Assembly (NCBI RefSeq): GCF_037042905.1
Contig: NC_087263.1
Coordinates: forward strand, 15,688,001 to 15,752,000
Length of the DNA stretch: 64,000 bases
Direction: 5' to 3'
Source: Lytechinus pictus
Lineage: Eukaryota
The translations under genes were made by a program, and so were the position numbers. The notes under the pieces are model-generated. The model searched no databases, had not been told where the DNA came from, and worked only from the letters and a program-made list of their open reading frames with translations. Positions within the stretch are counted from its first letter, which is position 1. Each line of letters starts with the position of its first letter. Shown one piece after another: positions 23,875 through 36,742 of the stretch.

Positions 23875-26099
23875 CTACCAACTGTTGTTTTAAAAATCGT
23901 TTTGCATACAATATTGTATAGAAAAGTCTGAAAGAGGAAAATGACTTGAATTAAATTGAATTTTGTTTTAATCATCAGTTGCTAAATTGGTAGGTTCAAT
24001 TAACCAACTTAGACTGTTATAGGTTGGTTAAAAATGTCTGAGAATTTAACAGATGTTGTCATTGGGATGTCTATCACCTGACTCTTATGACCAAATATGT
24101 TACGTAATCTTCTGTATATATACATTATGTATCATCATAACGTTCTCCATATCGGAAGGTCATTATCCACGATCCCCCGGTCCGATGCAGGTAAAATCGT
24201 GCAGGCAGGGGCGTTGCAGCTGTGAAGGGGGCAGGCTGGATTTGATCATTTCGATTCGTCCCTCAATAATTTTGACAATTGAAAATAAAATATATATTAT
24301 GCAATGCAAATGTTTGGTCTAAAAGACATTGGATATCATTATAAAACCATTAAACTTGGCATAACACTTCTATTAAAACATGCAGAATGGTCAATTTCCG
24401 ACTCTGGACGATAATCTTGGTCGGGGAGGGTGCCGAAAATTGTAGACATATTATTTTTATTCACTTATGCCCCTCCCCTCCGATCCAAAACATGGATCAA
24501 CACCCCCCCCCCCCCCCCCGCGTGCAGTGACACCGTAATTCGAAGAGGCCCTAAAGATTCCGCCTCAAACACAGGTGTTCCCAAAGCGTTTCACAAAATC
24601 GGGGGTCAGCGAATTATTATCTACACCATGAATGCTCAAAATCGGTTTCTATACCTGCATGAAAGAGAATTTTTGAAAAAATCTTGGGCAGGCATAAAAA
24701 TTGATTTTGATTGAATTACTTAGGAGTACATATATATACTGTTCTCCCCGAAGGCCATATGCACATGTGCTGTATCGTTAGTCTTTATAAATTAACCCTT
24801 TAGAAAATTTCAGAATGAAATTCCGATCTATTTCAAGATCTATTTAAATTATGAATGGTGGGAAGTAGTCTGCGGGGTGCAGACCCTGATTGAAACTTTT
24901 ATCAACAAGAGTGTCTCGATACCAGACTAGGACAAATACAACTTGTAAGAGGGTGCTTCTGTGCCCAAATCCCATCGGGTCTTTAGGCTGTGTATTCAGA
25001 CCACTTTCCTCGAGCGAAGGGTTTACAAACGAACTCGGATTTTTTTTTAAAGATGCTTGACAGGGGAAAAAAAAGAAGAAGATATTTCGTTATCATTTTA
25101 GTTTGGCGTCTAGTGATAAGACAATATATACCGGATCCATATGCTGCACTGTACAGCTGTAGCTGGACGTAGTTTTTATTATTTTAACCATAGTAGGTCC
25201 ATGTTTTAACACTGTACTTTATTAGGCCTGTTTAGGAGGCTGCGACCATACGCTATAAAAAACAACAACAAAGAATCGAATATTTCGAAGATGATTATGT
25301 AGAAGAAAGTAATTGCAACACGTTAGCAGCAGATTGACGAAGGTTTCAAGTTAATAAATCATGTCGATCACGCGATCTAGTTTGGCTATGCGTGAAATCG
25401 AAGCAGCTGGATGCAGGAGGAACAAAAGATTGAAAAGAATACAAACTTGAACGGATGCAGAAGTGGTTTGATATTAGAAAGCAGATTGGAAACGTTGGAG
25501 CCAAGACGGATGAAGAATGTGAACTTGTGAAGGGAAATGAGGGCATTTTCCCCATCGCCTCTTCATGTGTGTTTGTATCATCATTCAAGGATAGATCAGA
25601 TTGATTTTTTTTAGAAGAATCGTTCATCATTTTGGCCTCGCACCTTCGCAGTTTGAAGCATTTGCAAATTCAACTTACCACGGATTTAGATTAGCTTCTG
25701 CTCTTTCGGATTTACTATGGATTAACCCTAACGCTGATGATCTGTAATAGATCGTAGGATAATTTCTAAACGACGCTGTTCTTCAATATTTTGGAAAGGA
25801 ATGTGAAATATTCCATATTATTTTTCTCAGAAATGGAAATGAAAGCGGAAGCAGGATGATACATATGCTTGAGTTTTTACATTTTCGAGGATGCCTTATT
25901 AAATTGAATTTTATCATTTATTAACAAATTATATCGGCATAAGCAAAAGTTAATGTTGAGAAATAAAATGTAACGTGAGGAAAACTGGACTTTTTTAAGG
26001 GAAACGAATAAACTTGCTTGGGTTGATCTGTTGTAGAGAGTTTTGTGCTGGACGAGACAGCTCCTAGACTTTCCTTATACGGTGAAACAACGTGAAAAC

Positions 26100-26217
26100 A
26101 TGGCACAGGTGATGGACCAATTTTACGAAAACATAGACGAAATGCGGCCCATGTCAGAAGGACATTCGTCCCATTCAACTAGCATGACTAGTTTAATAAT
26201 GCCAACGCAATTTAATG
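26100..26217 (+). CDS. Gene A coding exon 1 (MAQVMDQFYENIDEMRPMSEG...PTQFN)
   Basis: AAC-ATG-G start context and donor G|GTAATA; phase 1 joins exon 27722 to give GAA (Glu). A possible upstream acceptor TTGTAG lies at 26036. Confidence 0.6.
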
Positions 26218-26359
26218 GTAATAAAAGCAGTATTATAGATATCATGTCTACTTTATTTTATTCTATTTAATATCCTATTCTGATGTGTGTGTTTTTTTTA
26301 AATAGTAGAAGGTAATTCATGTTAAATAACCAATGTTATCATGTTTACTATTTCATTAA

Positions 26360-26982
26360 AGGGGAACTCCCGGCTGCAAATTATATCGTTTGAACAGTTA
26401 AAGTAAAATCAAACAAAGAAAACACTGGCATTTTCCTAAAATATCGGACGAATAATGATAAAATTATGATATTTAAAGTATTACATCATTTCCGTGAAAC
26501 ATTTCTAATTATGTCTGCAGGCATATGCGATGGGCAAACTAATGATGTCATGTCCCACTCTTTCTTTTGTATTTTGATAAATATGAAATTATATTAATTC
26601 AAATTTTTCCCTCCAAAAATGAAATGAATGAGTGACTACTGATGTTGATATGTACAAGACAGTCACCGCTGCAACGGATTTTGTTACAGAGGATACATGT
26701 CTTGCAGTTGCACACACACACATGGAAATATTATATAATTATGATTTCATGTAATAAGATAAGGAAAAGAAAATTGGGGACATTACATCATCAGCCCACC
26801 TATTGCTTGCTTTTTCATGACGGCGGAGTGCATATGAATGTTTTAACAGTATGTTGCTAAAAATTTTAAATTCAGCAACTTCTTAATTTGTTATCAGATT
26901 TCGAAGATATTTTGAGAGTTTGGTTCTGGGAATCTTACTTTACCTATTTTGATATAATCATTTTTCAGCCCGGAGTACCTAT
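26360..26982. mobile_element. TTAA-flanked MITE (Kolobok-like) in gene A intron 1
   Basis: TTAA-AGGGGAACTCCCGGCTG / CAGCCCGGAGTACCT; body homologous to 31753-32355. Confidence 0.7.
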
Positions 26983-27123
26983 TTAGGCAGATACGAAATA
27001 CAGTTTATCTTTACACAAAAGGCTGTATAAGTATTTGTAATACATTATTACTTCTTTTACTACGCTTTAAAAAAGGGCTTAGTAACAATTGCCCCCTGAT
27101 TAATAGTGACTAATAATAGGTGA

Positions 27124-27371
27124 AATAGCAAAAACTCCTGTATTGATTCACCACCAGCCTGGAATCTATGTCCACACCAGAGAAGTATTGATACAACACC
27201 AATTTGGAATCAAACCGATGCTTTTTAATACTAATTGGTTTTGTGTTAACACCTAGCTGGTGTTAGACCAAAACCAAACTGGTGTTGTTTAACACTTCTC
27301 TGGTGTGGACATACATATGATATAGATTCTGGGCTGGTGGTATTAAAATCAACACCGGAGTTTTTGCTGTG
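27124..27371. mobile_element. CACTGCAAAAACTCC-family MITE (degenerate left end)
   Basis: Colinear with 18383-18624. Confidence 0.8.
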
Positions 27372-27473
27372 TACGTCTGTTCCGAGTCGCACGATTGCAC
27401 CAGGGGATTGTACTCCGAATTCCCTCTTTATATCATTACCCCCAAGATAGAAATAATATATTCCGAATCGCAC

Positions 27474-27655
27474 TATTACCCCCCCCCCCCCCGGCTTTAG
27501 CTTCGGCTACAATTCAGGCGTTCACTTCACCTGGGTTGAGTGCAACACAGTCTGTGTAAATTCCTTGTTGCAGGAAAACACGCCATGGCTGGGATTCGAA
27601 TCCACGACCCTCAGTCTGAAAGATCAGAGTCGGAACCACTCTATCACGACGCCCC
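27474..27655 (-). mobile_element. tRNA-derived SINE, internally deleted
   Basis: Reverse complement reads GGGGCGTCGTGATAGAGTGGTT...GGATTCGAATCCC (A and B boxes), then CAACCCAGGTGAA and CTAAAGCCGGGG as in family 1. Confidence 0.7.
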
Positions 27656-27721
27656 CACCAAGCTGGCTGAATATTATTGATGTGTATTTTTTTTCTTGTT
27701 TATTTATTCCTCATTGTGTAG

Positions 27722-27800
27722 AATTGCAATCAGAGTTAACTGCGGCTCAGTATACGATATCGATGCTCAGGAAAAAGATAGCTGAATTGAAAAAAAGGAG
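27722..27800 (+). CDS. Gene A exon 2 (coiled coil: LQSELTAAQYTISMLRKKIAELKKR)
   Basis: Acceptor after pyrimidine tract (TGTGTAG|), donor AG|GTAAGT, phase 1 to 2. Confidence 0.8.
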
Positions 27801-27884
27801 GTAAGTGGTAAATGAAAATTATAAAATTCCTAATCACGGAGTCGCCGCAATGATGTAATTCATTGGCGCCGTCGTCTAATTTTA

Positions 27885-28006
27885 CCATCATCCTCAACAA
27901 CAACAACAACAACGACAAGACTACTGTGATGATTATGGTCATTACCATTATCATCATCATTATCCTCCACATCATCATCATATTTGTGGTCATCATCTTC
28001 ATCATC

Positions 28007-28038
<32 letters not shown>

Positions 28039-28140
28039 AGTCATCATCATCATCACCATCATCATCATCGTCACCACCACCACCATCATCATTATCATCA
28101 TCATCATCATCACCACCACCATCATCATCATTATTATTAA
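27885..28140. repeat. (CAT/CAC/CAA)n microsatellite
   Basis: Directly visible. Confidence 0.9.
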
Positions 28141-29984
28141 AACCACTGCGATTATTTTAGTTTCTCTATCAAGTCTATCTGGGAAATATTTGATTGACGG
28201 CCAAAAAGCTTCATTGTTTAGCTTTATCCAGGGATACTTCTCCTTATACTGGCATTTCTCATGATTAATTGGATAGAAAATAGCGAAAGTGACAACAAAA
28301 AAGGTTGCTTAGAATATTTGATCCAATATATTCCAAATGTTGTAATCTAATCTCATTACCATTTAGGAAGATGAAGATGATGAAAGGATATTGATATCTA
28401 AATTATTCAGAATCAGTCATTTTTTGGCTAGGGATGGGGGTCGCCAGTCAAAATGAATGATTTCACGGGTAAAATTCAGTGCCTGAGGTGAATGGGGATA
28501 AGTCTATTTATCATTTGGCATGTTGTTTTAAAAAAACATAAAATGTGGTCCCCTTTACGTCATCAGTAAGTTCAACGCACTCACGTACATTAAATTGTAA
28601 TCCTGCACTTTCTTGTAATTTAATAAGAGTGTTAATCTGTACATGCCTCTATTCCTGTTAGATTGCATCTGATTTTAGTTTTTGCTGTTATGAATGTTTG
28701 ATTTTATAGACTATCCTCGTGTTACTAAAGCATTTTGCAACCTGCCCCTTTCCACATGTGTTCTGTTTGACCCGTCACGGTGGATGGCAGGGGGTGACAA
28801 CACCAATAATGTTTGTTTTTCAGTAAAATAAACAGGGGAGAAAAAAATTCAGGAGCAAGAAAGAGGAAGGGCACTATAACTCGAGAGACTGAAGAGTTTA
28901 ACTCTATGACCATCCCCATAATACGATAATGGCGTCCTTTTTCGGTCACCCCCCCCCCCCATTATCGCCCCTGTCTTTGACCCCTCGACATAGATATGGA
29001 AATATTGTATTTCCTTTTTGGAGATGACACAGTCACGATGAAGGAAAATGACAATAACTAAGTCATCGTCCGCATTTTGGACACTAGTGCGTGATTGGGG
29101 CGTGACAAAAGACAACCCCAAGAGATTTCAGAAAGAAAATTGTGTGAGTATCAAATTAAATTCAACGATCGTCAAGATTTTCGAGAAATCTTCAGACGCA
29201 AGGGAAGCGGTGTCATTTTCCTCCCTGATTCATTCACGTTTTAAATAAGTTTTAAGGCATGGGATTTATAACTAGAAACAAATACTGACCATTGTATCAG
29301 ATATGCTCCCTCCCCCCCCCCAAGGTATAAGGATTTGACTACTGGCCAAGGGCCACCCCTAGTCCACACATGCCCCTTGCTGACGAGATATTAAATGCAC
29401 ACAATTTTGTTTTTTAGGGTGACGATTGCAGGTGTCATAAAAATACAACGATAGAATATGTAACACTCTTATCTTTGGTGGAATTTCTCCGAACGTTCTT
29501 TAGGCATATACTTCTCTCTTTTCCCGCTATATTGAAATTAAGTGCGCGGTCTTTCTCTCGAATCGTATCACAATTCGATAATTAGTTATTATACAAAAGA
29601 GGCCCTGCCAGTAACTCCGCTGCACAGCCAAAAGAAGATACTACATTTGTATGGAAACAGAGTAACGATGACGTCACATTCCGGGGGTGGTTACCCAATT
29701 AAATATCCGGTCACTTCAAAATTCTATAAATATGAACATGTACTGATTGAAAATAAACAGTTGCTGCTGTTCGTCAAAAGTAGATAAACTAGGTCTATTG
29801 TTCTTTTTCATTTTTGTTTTGCTGTCACTTGAAGCTTTTATTCGGAACCTATGATACACCGAAAAACATTTTTTTTGTGTGTGTATTTATTTTTTATTGA
29901 AACTGTGAACGTTATATATTTACAAAAGAACAACTATGACGTCATCTCAGTCATTTCAATTATGAGACCATTATGGGATAGGTT

Positions 29985-30300
29985 TATACTGGAATGAACA
30001 CAGTCTGAGGATATGATTTGAAAAGATAAAGAAAATCAGACAAACAAAACACTGAAAATTTGATTAAAATCGGACAAGGAATAACAAAGTTATGGCATTT
30101 TAAAATTTTGTTTTCTTCTGGTGAAATAGTTCTAGGTTTGAATTCATGAATATTCAATGCGCAAACTGATGATGTCATATCCCCCACTTGTTCTTTTTTA
30201 TTTCATACTATGAAATTAGGTTTATTTAAATTGTTCTTCCTTGAAAACTTAAAACATTGGATTGAAAACTGATTAAGTACATTAGATATTCATTTTGTTC
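29985..30300. mobile_element. Fragment of the TTAA-flanked MITE family
   Basis: Colinear with the left half of 31753-32355 (ACTGAAAATTTGAT...GATGATGTCA...CACTTGTTC). Confidence 0.65.
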
Positions 30301-30446
30301 CACTTTTGAATAACTTTTTTAAATTTTATTTCACTCTATTCTTACACTTTCTTTATTTATTATTTCCTTTCTTTGTCTCTCTTTGTCTTTTTATTCTTCC
30401 TTCTTTCCTTTCCAACCTTCATTCCCTTATTTTTCCCTTTTCACAG

Positions 30447-30546
30447 TCTAAACATGATTCCTCTGAAGGTTCATGATGAAATGATCCAGAAGTCGGACGA
30501 CCGAGCGCTTCGCGCTGAAAGAAAAGTATCTGTCCTTGAACAGGAG
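30447..30546 (+). CDS. Gene A exon 3 (coiled coil: SLNMIPLKVHDEMIQKSDDRALRAERKVSVLEQE)
   Basis: Acceptor TTTTCACAG|, donor GAG|GTAAGC, phase 2 to 0; consistent with both neighbours. Confidence 0.85.
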
Positions 30547-31752
30547 GTAAGCGTATAATATATATATTTCTTTAAATAGGCCTGATATGGTACATGCTAA
30601 TAATGATAACAATGGCAAAATTCTGGAGTTTTTTATATAGCGCGTGTCTGCTGAACCCTTATGGTTCAAACCGCGGTCAAATATGTCAAACAGTATGGTC
30701 TATAGTCTATATTGCATGTAGCCTACATGTATATGGAAATGTCGAACACGATGACGTGGAGTTCGAAATAAAGATTTGGAAATTTCACTTTTTTCCACAG
30801 TGTACATGATCTGTTTTGTTCCATTTTTATCGAATTGGTATCACGACATGGTATCATGACAGTTGCTCTTACGACAATTGCTCCTCCGCGAATTTATGTG
30901 AAGATGAAACGTGAAGGTTAAAGTTATGATATATATATATATATTTAGTTAAGAGTTATAATGGAGATTAGGATTAAAGTTAAGGGAAGGTTTGGAGCAA
31001 AATGTCATTGAACCAGGCGAGCGTTAAACTATCCACCCTTTCACACGGTAAAAAAAATCGTAATTTGAATGATGATTCCAGTGAGAAATACTGCTAATGA
31101 CGAATATTTAGCACGTGTGAAACCAAATTAGAACATGATTGGAATCACGAACGCCAATCACAGTCACGATAACAACAGCAACCATCATTACAATGATGAT
31201 TCAAGATTCACATGTAAAAAGGCCCTATGACACTCCCCCCCCCCCCCCCCCAAAAAAAAAGGGCCGTTTCGCGGTTTGCTGCTGGCTTTACACTCTGTAT
31301 ATGTGCTGTTTATCTTTCAAAGACACCACACAAAATAATGGATAATAGGATGTTTGTACGTTTGGTGAGAGCACTCGTCTTATGAAAATGAGGGTGGGGT
31401 GGGGGCATAGGTTTAAACAAAACTATTAGACAAAGCTGACCAGGGACGTTTTTGCCATCTTGCCAAGAAAACGGGGAGGGTGAATGGCCTTTCCTTTCGC
31501 GAAAGTTTGACATTCATTGCCACATGATGGCGCCCTGACAAATTAACAACTAGTGTACCTTAGGCACTCGAATAACCAATAAACTAAACTTGAGCTCGTT
31601 TACGAACTCATATTTCATGTGGCAGCAGTTTCTATATCTTTCTTATGATCTGAAGTGGAAAAAAACGTAAACACGACGCACTAAATTAAAAATTATAAAA
31701 TAAAATTAAAAAGCTTACATGATTTGTTCCCAACTCAAAGACTTTTTTTTTA

Positions 31753-32355
31753 AGGGATAGTCCAGGCTGGAGATATTCATATCTTAATAAATAAAGTAAA
31801 ATTCACACAGCAAAATGCTGAAAATTTGATCAAAATCGGATAACAAATAACGAAGTTATTGAATTTTAAAGATTTGCATTATTCCGGTTAAACAGTTCTG
31901 GGTATGTCTTTATGAATATTCATTAGGTGGGCTGATGATGTCACATCCACACTTGTTCTTTTGTATTTATTCAATGAAATTAGGTTTATTAAAAAATGTT
32001 CTACCAAGAACTAAAAGAATTGGATTGACAACTAATTAAGTGCATTAGTTATTTATTGCCGCAACTTATTTCATCATAATGGAGACACATCATTTACACA
32101 TGTATGAAATAATGAAACATTTATGATTTCATGTAATAACATAAGAAAAAGGAAAGTGGAGATGTGACATCATCAGCCCACGTAATGAATATTCATGACG
32201 ATGTGCATATAACTGTTTTCACAAAATATTGATAAAACTTTGAAATTCAATAACTTCGTTATTGTTATCCGATTTTGATCAAATTTTCAGCATTTTGCTT
32301 TGTGAATTTCACTCTATTTATTTAGATATAAATATTTCAAACCCGGACCATCCCT
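31753..32355. mobile_element. TTAA-flanked MITE (Kolobok-like), best-preserved copy
   Basis: AGGGATAGTCCAGG / CCCGGACCATCCCT-TTAA termini with long inverted arms. Confidence 0.85.
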
Positions 32356-32554
32356 TTAATACATTTGTTTGACTCGAGAGGGACCTTTTATCGTTAAGCC
32401 ATAAAAGTAGCTCATACCAGATTTAATATTTCGATAATCATCATGAGTAGATCGAGGTCTACTGAGTGGATATAGTACGAAACGATGTATCGAAATAGTT
32501 ACAAATGAATAATATTAGTAATCGGTAACCTTTGTTTTTTAACTTCTTTATTAG

Positions 32555-33599
32555 GTAAAGAAACTACGAGTGCAGCTGAAAAATCAAACTCCAGCTCCAA
32601 TCTGTACCTCGTCTGTGATGCTCCCTATCTCCGAATCACCTAGCGAAGGATATGAAGAACCCCACCGAAGTCGCCGTGAAGAGATATACAAACCGCACCA
32701 TGTAAACACGAGGTTCCAAGGGGTTGGGGTTATGCCATCAGTAACGACGCCCTCTACGAGAGAACCCACAAAAAAAGCCAGTGACCACCCCAGGAGTAGA
32801 AAGGACCACACCAATGACGTGGGTCGTCATGGTACAACTGGAAAGCACACTCTTGTTCTTGCTAACGGACATACGAACATCCTTGGTCGCGAGCAGCCAT
32901 CACCACGGACATTACCGACTTCAAATTTCGCACGCGGTGTCAGTGTCATGCCTTCGGTGGTTCCTCAGCCGGTAATCTCATCCGTTGCGACAGTCAAGTC
33001 GGCAGCGAAGAACAGCCACTTTGAGGAATATCCTGAAATGCATGTGTTTCCTGGCTCCAAGACTCTCGGGCGCAACGCGGGCCAGTCCGCGAAGACATTC
33101 CGCAAAAACATCGGTACTGTTCACTACACAGCAGCTACAAGTAAGCTAGAGCGTTTGGCCGGACAACCAAAGGCTCGCCGAAGACCAAGTGTACATTCCC
33201 TGGTGACGCAATCAATCGTGAACCTTGATGACCAGCGAGAACGTGAACTGATGGAGGATGCAGAGCGGAGAGAGGCCGAGGAGAAGGAAAGACGCGAGCG
33301 GGAACGTGTTGCTATCCTGAACAATGAAAACAAGGCAACCAAACAAACTGGAAAGTTCAGGAAGACCACAAAGGCTTCCAAGTTCTTCCTATCTCGCAAA
33401 CGCACCTCGAAACCAAAGTCGGGGACACAGAAGTCCCTGTTGAGTCGGATGCATACCAAGTTCTTCACCTCGCGCAGGAAGTCCCTGAGGCACATCTATG
33501 ACCTACCGGAAGTATCCTCTCTGGAATCGTGTAGCTTGACCTCGGATTACGAGACGCCTTCGCAGAAGATGCAGAACTTTGCAGCCACTCCTCTAATCT
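32555..33599 (+). CDS. Gene A exon 4: end of coiled coil plus long Ser/Thr/Lys/Arg-rich disordered region (stops at TAA 33605-33607 if unspliced)
   Basis: Acceptor TTCTTTATTAG|, phase 0; GC-rich open frame over 1 kb; donor T|GTAAGT at 33600. No known domain recognised. Confidence 0.88.
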
Positions 33600-34355
33600 G
33601 TAAGTAACGCGCCCTCTATCTTCATAACTTAAACAAACGTCATACTGGAATGTGTCAGCTTTGGATGCTACATGTATGTCAGTTAGAATAGCAATTTATC
33701 ATATGATCGTTGATATAGTTAAAGTATGCATATAATTTTCCCCCATTTGACAATGCTTTATTTTCATTGTATCACGCCATCTCCATTTTCCAATTGTGTA
33801 AAAATGCTACTTCACCTGTAAATGAGATCATTTATCTTCATTTATTCATCCATTGTGCAAAGACATTTACACTATTTTATGTGTTATGTGTTATTTATTC
33901 ATTAATTTATTTATTCACTCATTCATTTATTCATTTATCAATTCACTTATTTTTTCCTCTCATTATTTCATTGGAAACATAAAATTCAAACATCCATTCT
34001 CAAACGTAGGTGCAATGACTTCAGGTTCCTTTTAGATAATATGAATATTTCATTTTGTTTATTGTCATAAATGGGATTATCTTGTTTATCTAGTACAGGT
34101 GGATCAAAGTTCAGTTGTTGTTTTTTTCGACTTTTGGTCCTCCAGTCAATTTCGACATCATACACATGATGCATTCTCCTATCTACAAAAACAACAACAA
34201 TAAACAATTGTATCAATTTTTGCGTTGCCTTGTGAAAGTTCAACTTGGGTCCGGCGTCAGGTGTGAAGTTGGTTTAGACGTGGACAAGATATGTCTCCTC
34301 CCGGTTCCCGAACCGAGTTCGTACAAGTAGTTTCAATTCTATTTCCTTACATTAG

Positions 34356-34472
34356 GTCCGACCTCGGATACTAAGAAACGACCCAAACCGCGGATATATC
34401 CGCGAGTAAAGACACTCAAAAAGACCGGGAGCGTCAGACGAAAACCGAGATCGAAGCGGACCTTTCCTACCG
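34356..34472 (+). CDS. Gene A probable exon 5 (PTSDTKKRPKPRIYPRVKTLKKTGSVRRKPRSKRTFPT)
   Basis: Acceptor TCTATTTCCTTACATTAG|, phase 1 matching the donor at 33600, open basic frame. Ends at G|GTTAGT, which is either a donor or GGT-TAG stop. Confidence 0.55.
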
Positions 34473-35267
34473 GTTAGTTTTTAAAATCGCATTCGCATCA
34501 ATTTACTTCTACTACTAATAATGAAATAAGCTAATAAACCTCATAATGTGCATATTGCAAGCTTGTTAAAATTGTTTTATTTGCTTAAGTGCTAAACTCT
34601 CTTTTGTTTTGATAAGTTTCTATAATTCACATAATATTTCTAGCACCAACTTAACAAAGCAAAGTTTGACTTCTGCAATTGAACAGCTAACTCTTCTGTT
34701 TTGCTTTGTTTTAAATCTAAATAACAGTGCAGCTCTAAATAAAAATGCAGTTGAATCCCTTCTGGTTTTTCCGCCTGAAGTTATCGCATGCTACAACACG
34801 TTCCATAACTCATTAACATTGGCCTTTCACATAACATTCTTAATTTCACGGAATGAAAAACACCTAACTTTGCACGTTCAGCATGTTCAGAATTATGCAG
34901 TGCATGTGCTGCAACTGCAAATGCTTTCTGTTGTAAACGTTTTCATACAATGAGAATGAGCAATGAGTTTATTTAATTATATTTTCTTTTATGGTTTTGT
35001 ATTCATCTGATTCCATTCAGTGCGTTTGTTTAAGGCATGCAGAAGTGTTCGGTTGTGAGTGTATTGGTGAAATAATGAGAAACATTTTTTTTTTTGCGTG
35101 TTTTGTTATTTTGGTATCAGACTGTCTCGAGGGGAATGGTTTACTATGAAATTTTGCCGTACAGCCCCCCCCCTCCCCTTCCTCCGCATTACTTCCCAAA
35201 CTTTTTTTTTCGGGTTTTTTTTTTCGATTCGTTAATTTTCAATAAACGGGCAATAACCTCAAGGTGG

Positions 35268-35465
35268 AGATGCCGCGGCCGAGTGGTCTAAGGCGTTTGT
35301 TTGGAGATGCGAGGATCGGGGGTTCGATTTCCGACACGGCACTTATATGCCCTTGAGCAAAGAATTTTATCCACATTGCTCAATGTTTTATCGTACATCA
35401 AATAAATAAAAAAAAACGCTGTATGCATTATGAAGACCAATGTGTGGACTTGTTTAAAAAAAAAC
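35268..35465 (+). mobile_element. tRNA-derived SINE, family 2
   Basis: GGCCGAGTGGTCTAAGGC, GGTTCGATT, and a body homologous to 10087-10280. Confidence 0.75.
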
Positions 35466-35581
35466 TCGAAATGCCAATTTGCTCCCTAAATTATGCAATT
35501 GTACCCTAAAATTATGGTACCATTGGGGACAGTGACGTACAAAAATCTTCTTCCAAGCAATACAAAATAATAATTGATTGG

Positions 35582-35614
<33 letters not shown>

Positions 35615-36585
35615 CGATTGATTTATTTATTTATTAAATAAAAAAAATAAAGAAAAGCCCCCCCCCCCCCCCCTGGAGAAAATGGGTCTAAGAGCCCACA
35701 ATTTCCCACCTTTAAAGTTTAATCTACGAGTCGGAGTGATAGAATAATTGATTAATATTCATCCTAACACTGGATACGCCATGCACGCGGTAGTTGTAAA
35801 GGGATATCTCAAACGATGGGCGGGGGAATATTTAACCTAGAATTACGAGCTACGGGGATTATTCATGTAATTCGTTCGGATTACCTTAAAGAGTTGGGGT
35901 GCGTTAATGATGATTTGGAGGCAAAATTTATATTTATGCCAGAAACCGTTCTCGTTATGGTTGTGTGCCAGGAAGACGGAAGAAGCTAGTCTGCTGTACA
36001 AACCCTTCATTAGAGTAAAGGGTCTGAATTGCAGCCTACCCATGCCTTATGTACTGAAGGCCTGAATTGAAACAGCAAGTTATGTATGTGCTAGTCTTTG
36101 CGTGGAGACACACTTGTTGATCAAAGTTTCAATTAGGGTCTGTGCCTGCAGACTAGGAAGGAAGCCGTAGTAAGGCAACAGTCCCACCGGCGAACCGATT
36201 CAAGACCGAGCAAAGATATTACTTTATTTTTAATGTCGAATCATCGATCGGTTTGGATTTACTTTCGTTGGTGAGACTTACATTAAAGTCTACAATAGCT
36301 TGTCGAAAATGACGGAATGAAAGCGTGAGTGATCATCATGTTAGTCATTATGATTATTTCTAATCACTATTTGATTCGAACGCGGTCTTTTCTGAATATA
36401 TCAATATACTAATGGACATGATTAGGATAATTGCAGTCATCTAACGCCGTTTTAATTTTTTTTAATAGTGTATTATGAAGCAGGTGCGGATACGGGCGAG
36501 GGCCAAAAGGGCACAAATCCACCTACCCTTTTTATAGACAATTGTAAAAAAAAAAAGATGTCTGACCCCCACCCGGTAAATCCTG

Positions 36586-36742
36586 GGGAGCGTTTCATGA
36601 AAGGACTTGTCGGACGTTTTATCCGACAAGTCCTATTTTATCCGACAGTTACCATAGTAACAGTACCTCTTAGCCAATCAACATCAGAGAAAGATGTCAG
36701 ATCTGACAACTTGTCGGATGAAAATGTTGATGAAACACTCCC
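36586..36742. mobile_element. Harbinger-like MITE nested in the right end of a hAT-like MITE (36481-36757)
   Basis: GGGAGCGTTTCAT / ATGAAACACTCCC termini with CTG/CAG flanks; it splits the host terminus AAATCCTG...ATCCACCCCTG. Confidence 0.7.

Noticed and set aside
25380..25610. Additional coding exon upstream of gene A
   Set aside because: Purine-rich and exon-like, but all + frames are short and splice sites are unconvincing; more likely 5' UTR or promoter.
33110..33195. Second CPI-like motif in gene A (KLERLAGQPKARRRPS)
   Set aside because: It lacks the key Arg and the upstream FD word; RRPS is more simply a basophilic kinase site.
33124..33495. Antisense ORFs over gene A exon 4 (and over gene B exons)
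   Set aside because: Shadow ORFs of GC-rich coding sequence with no splice or start support.
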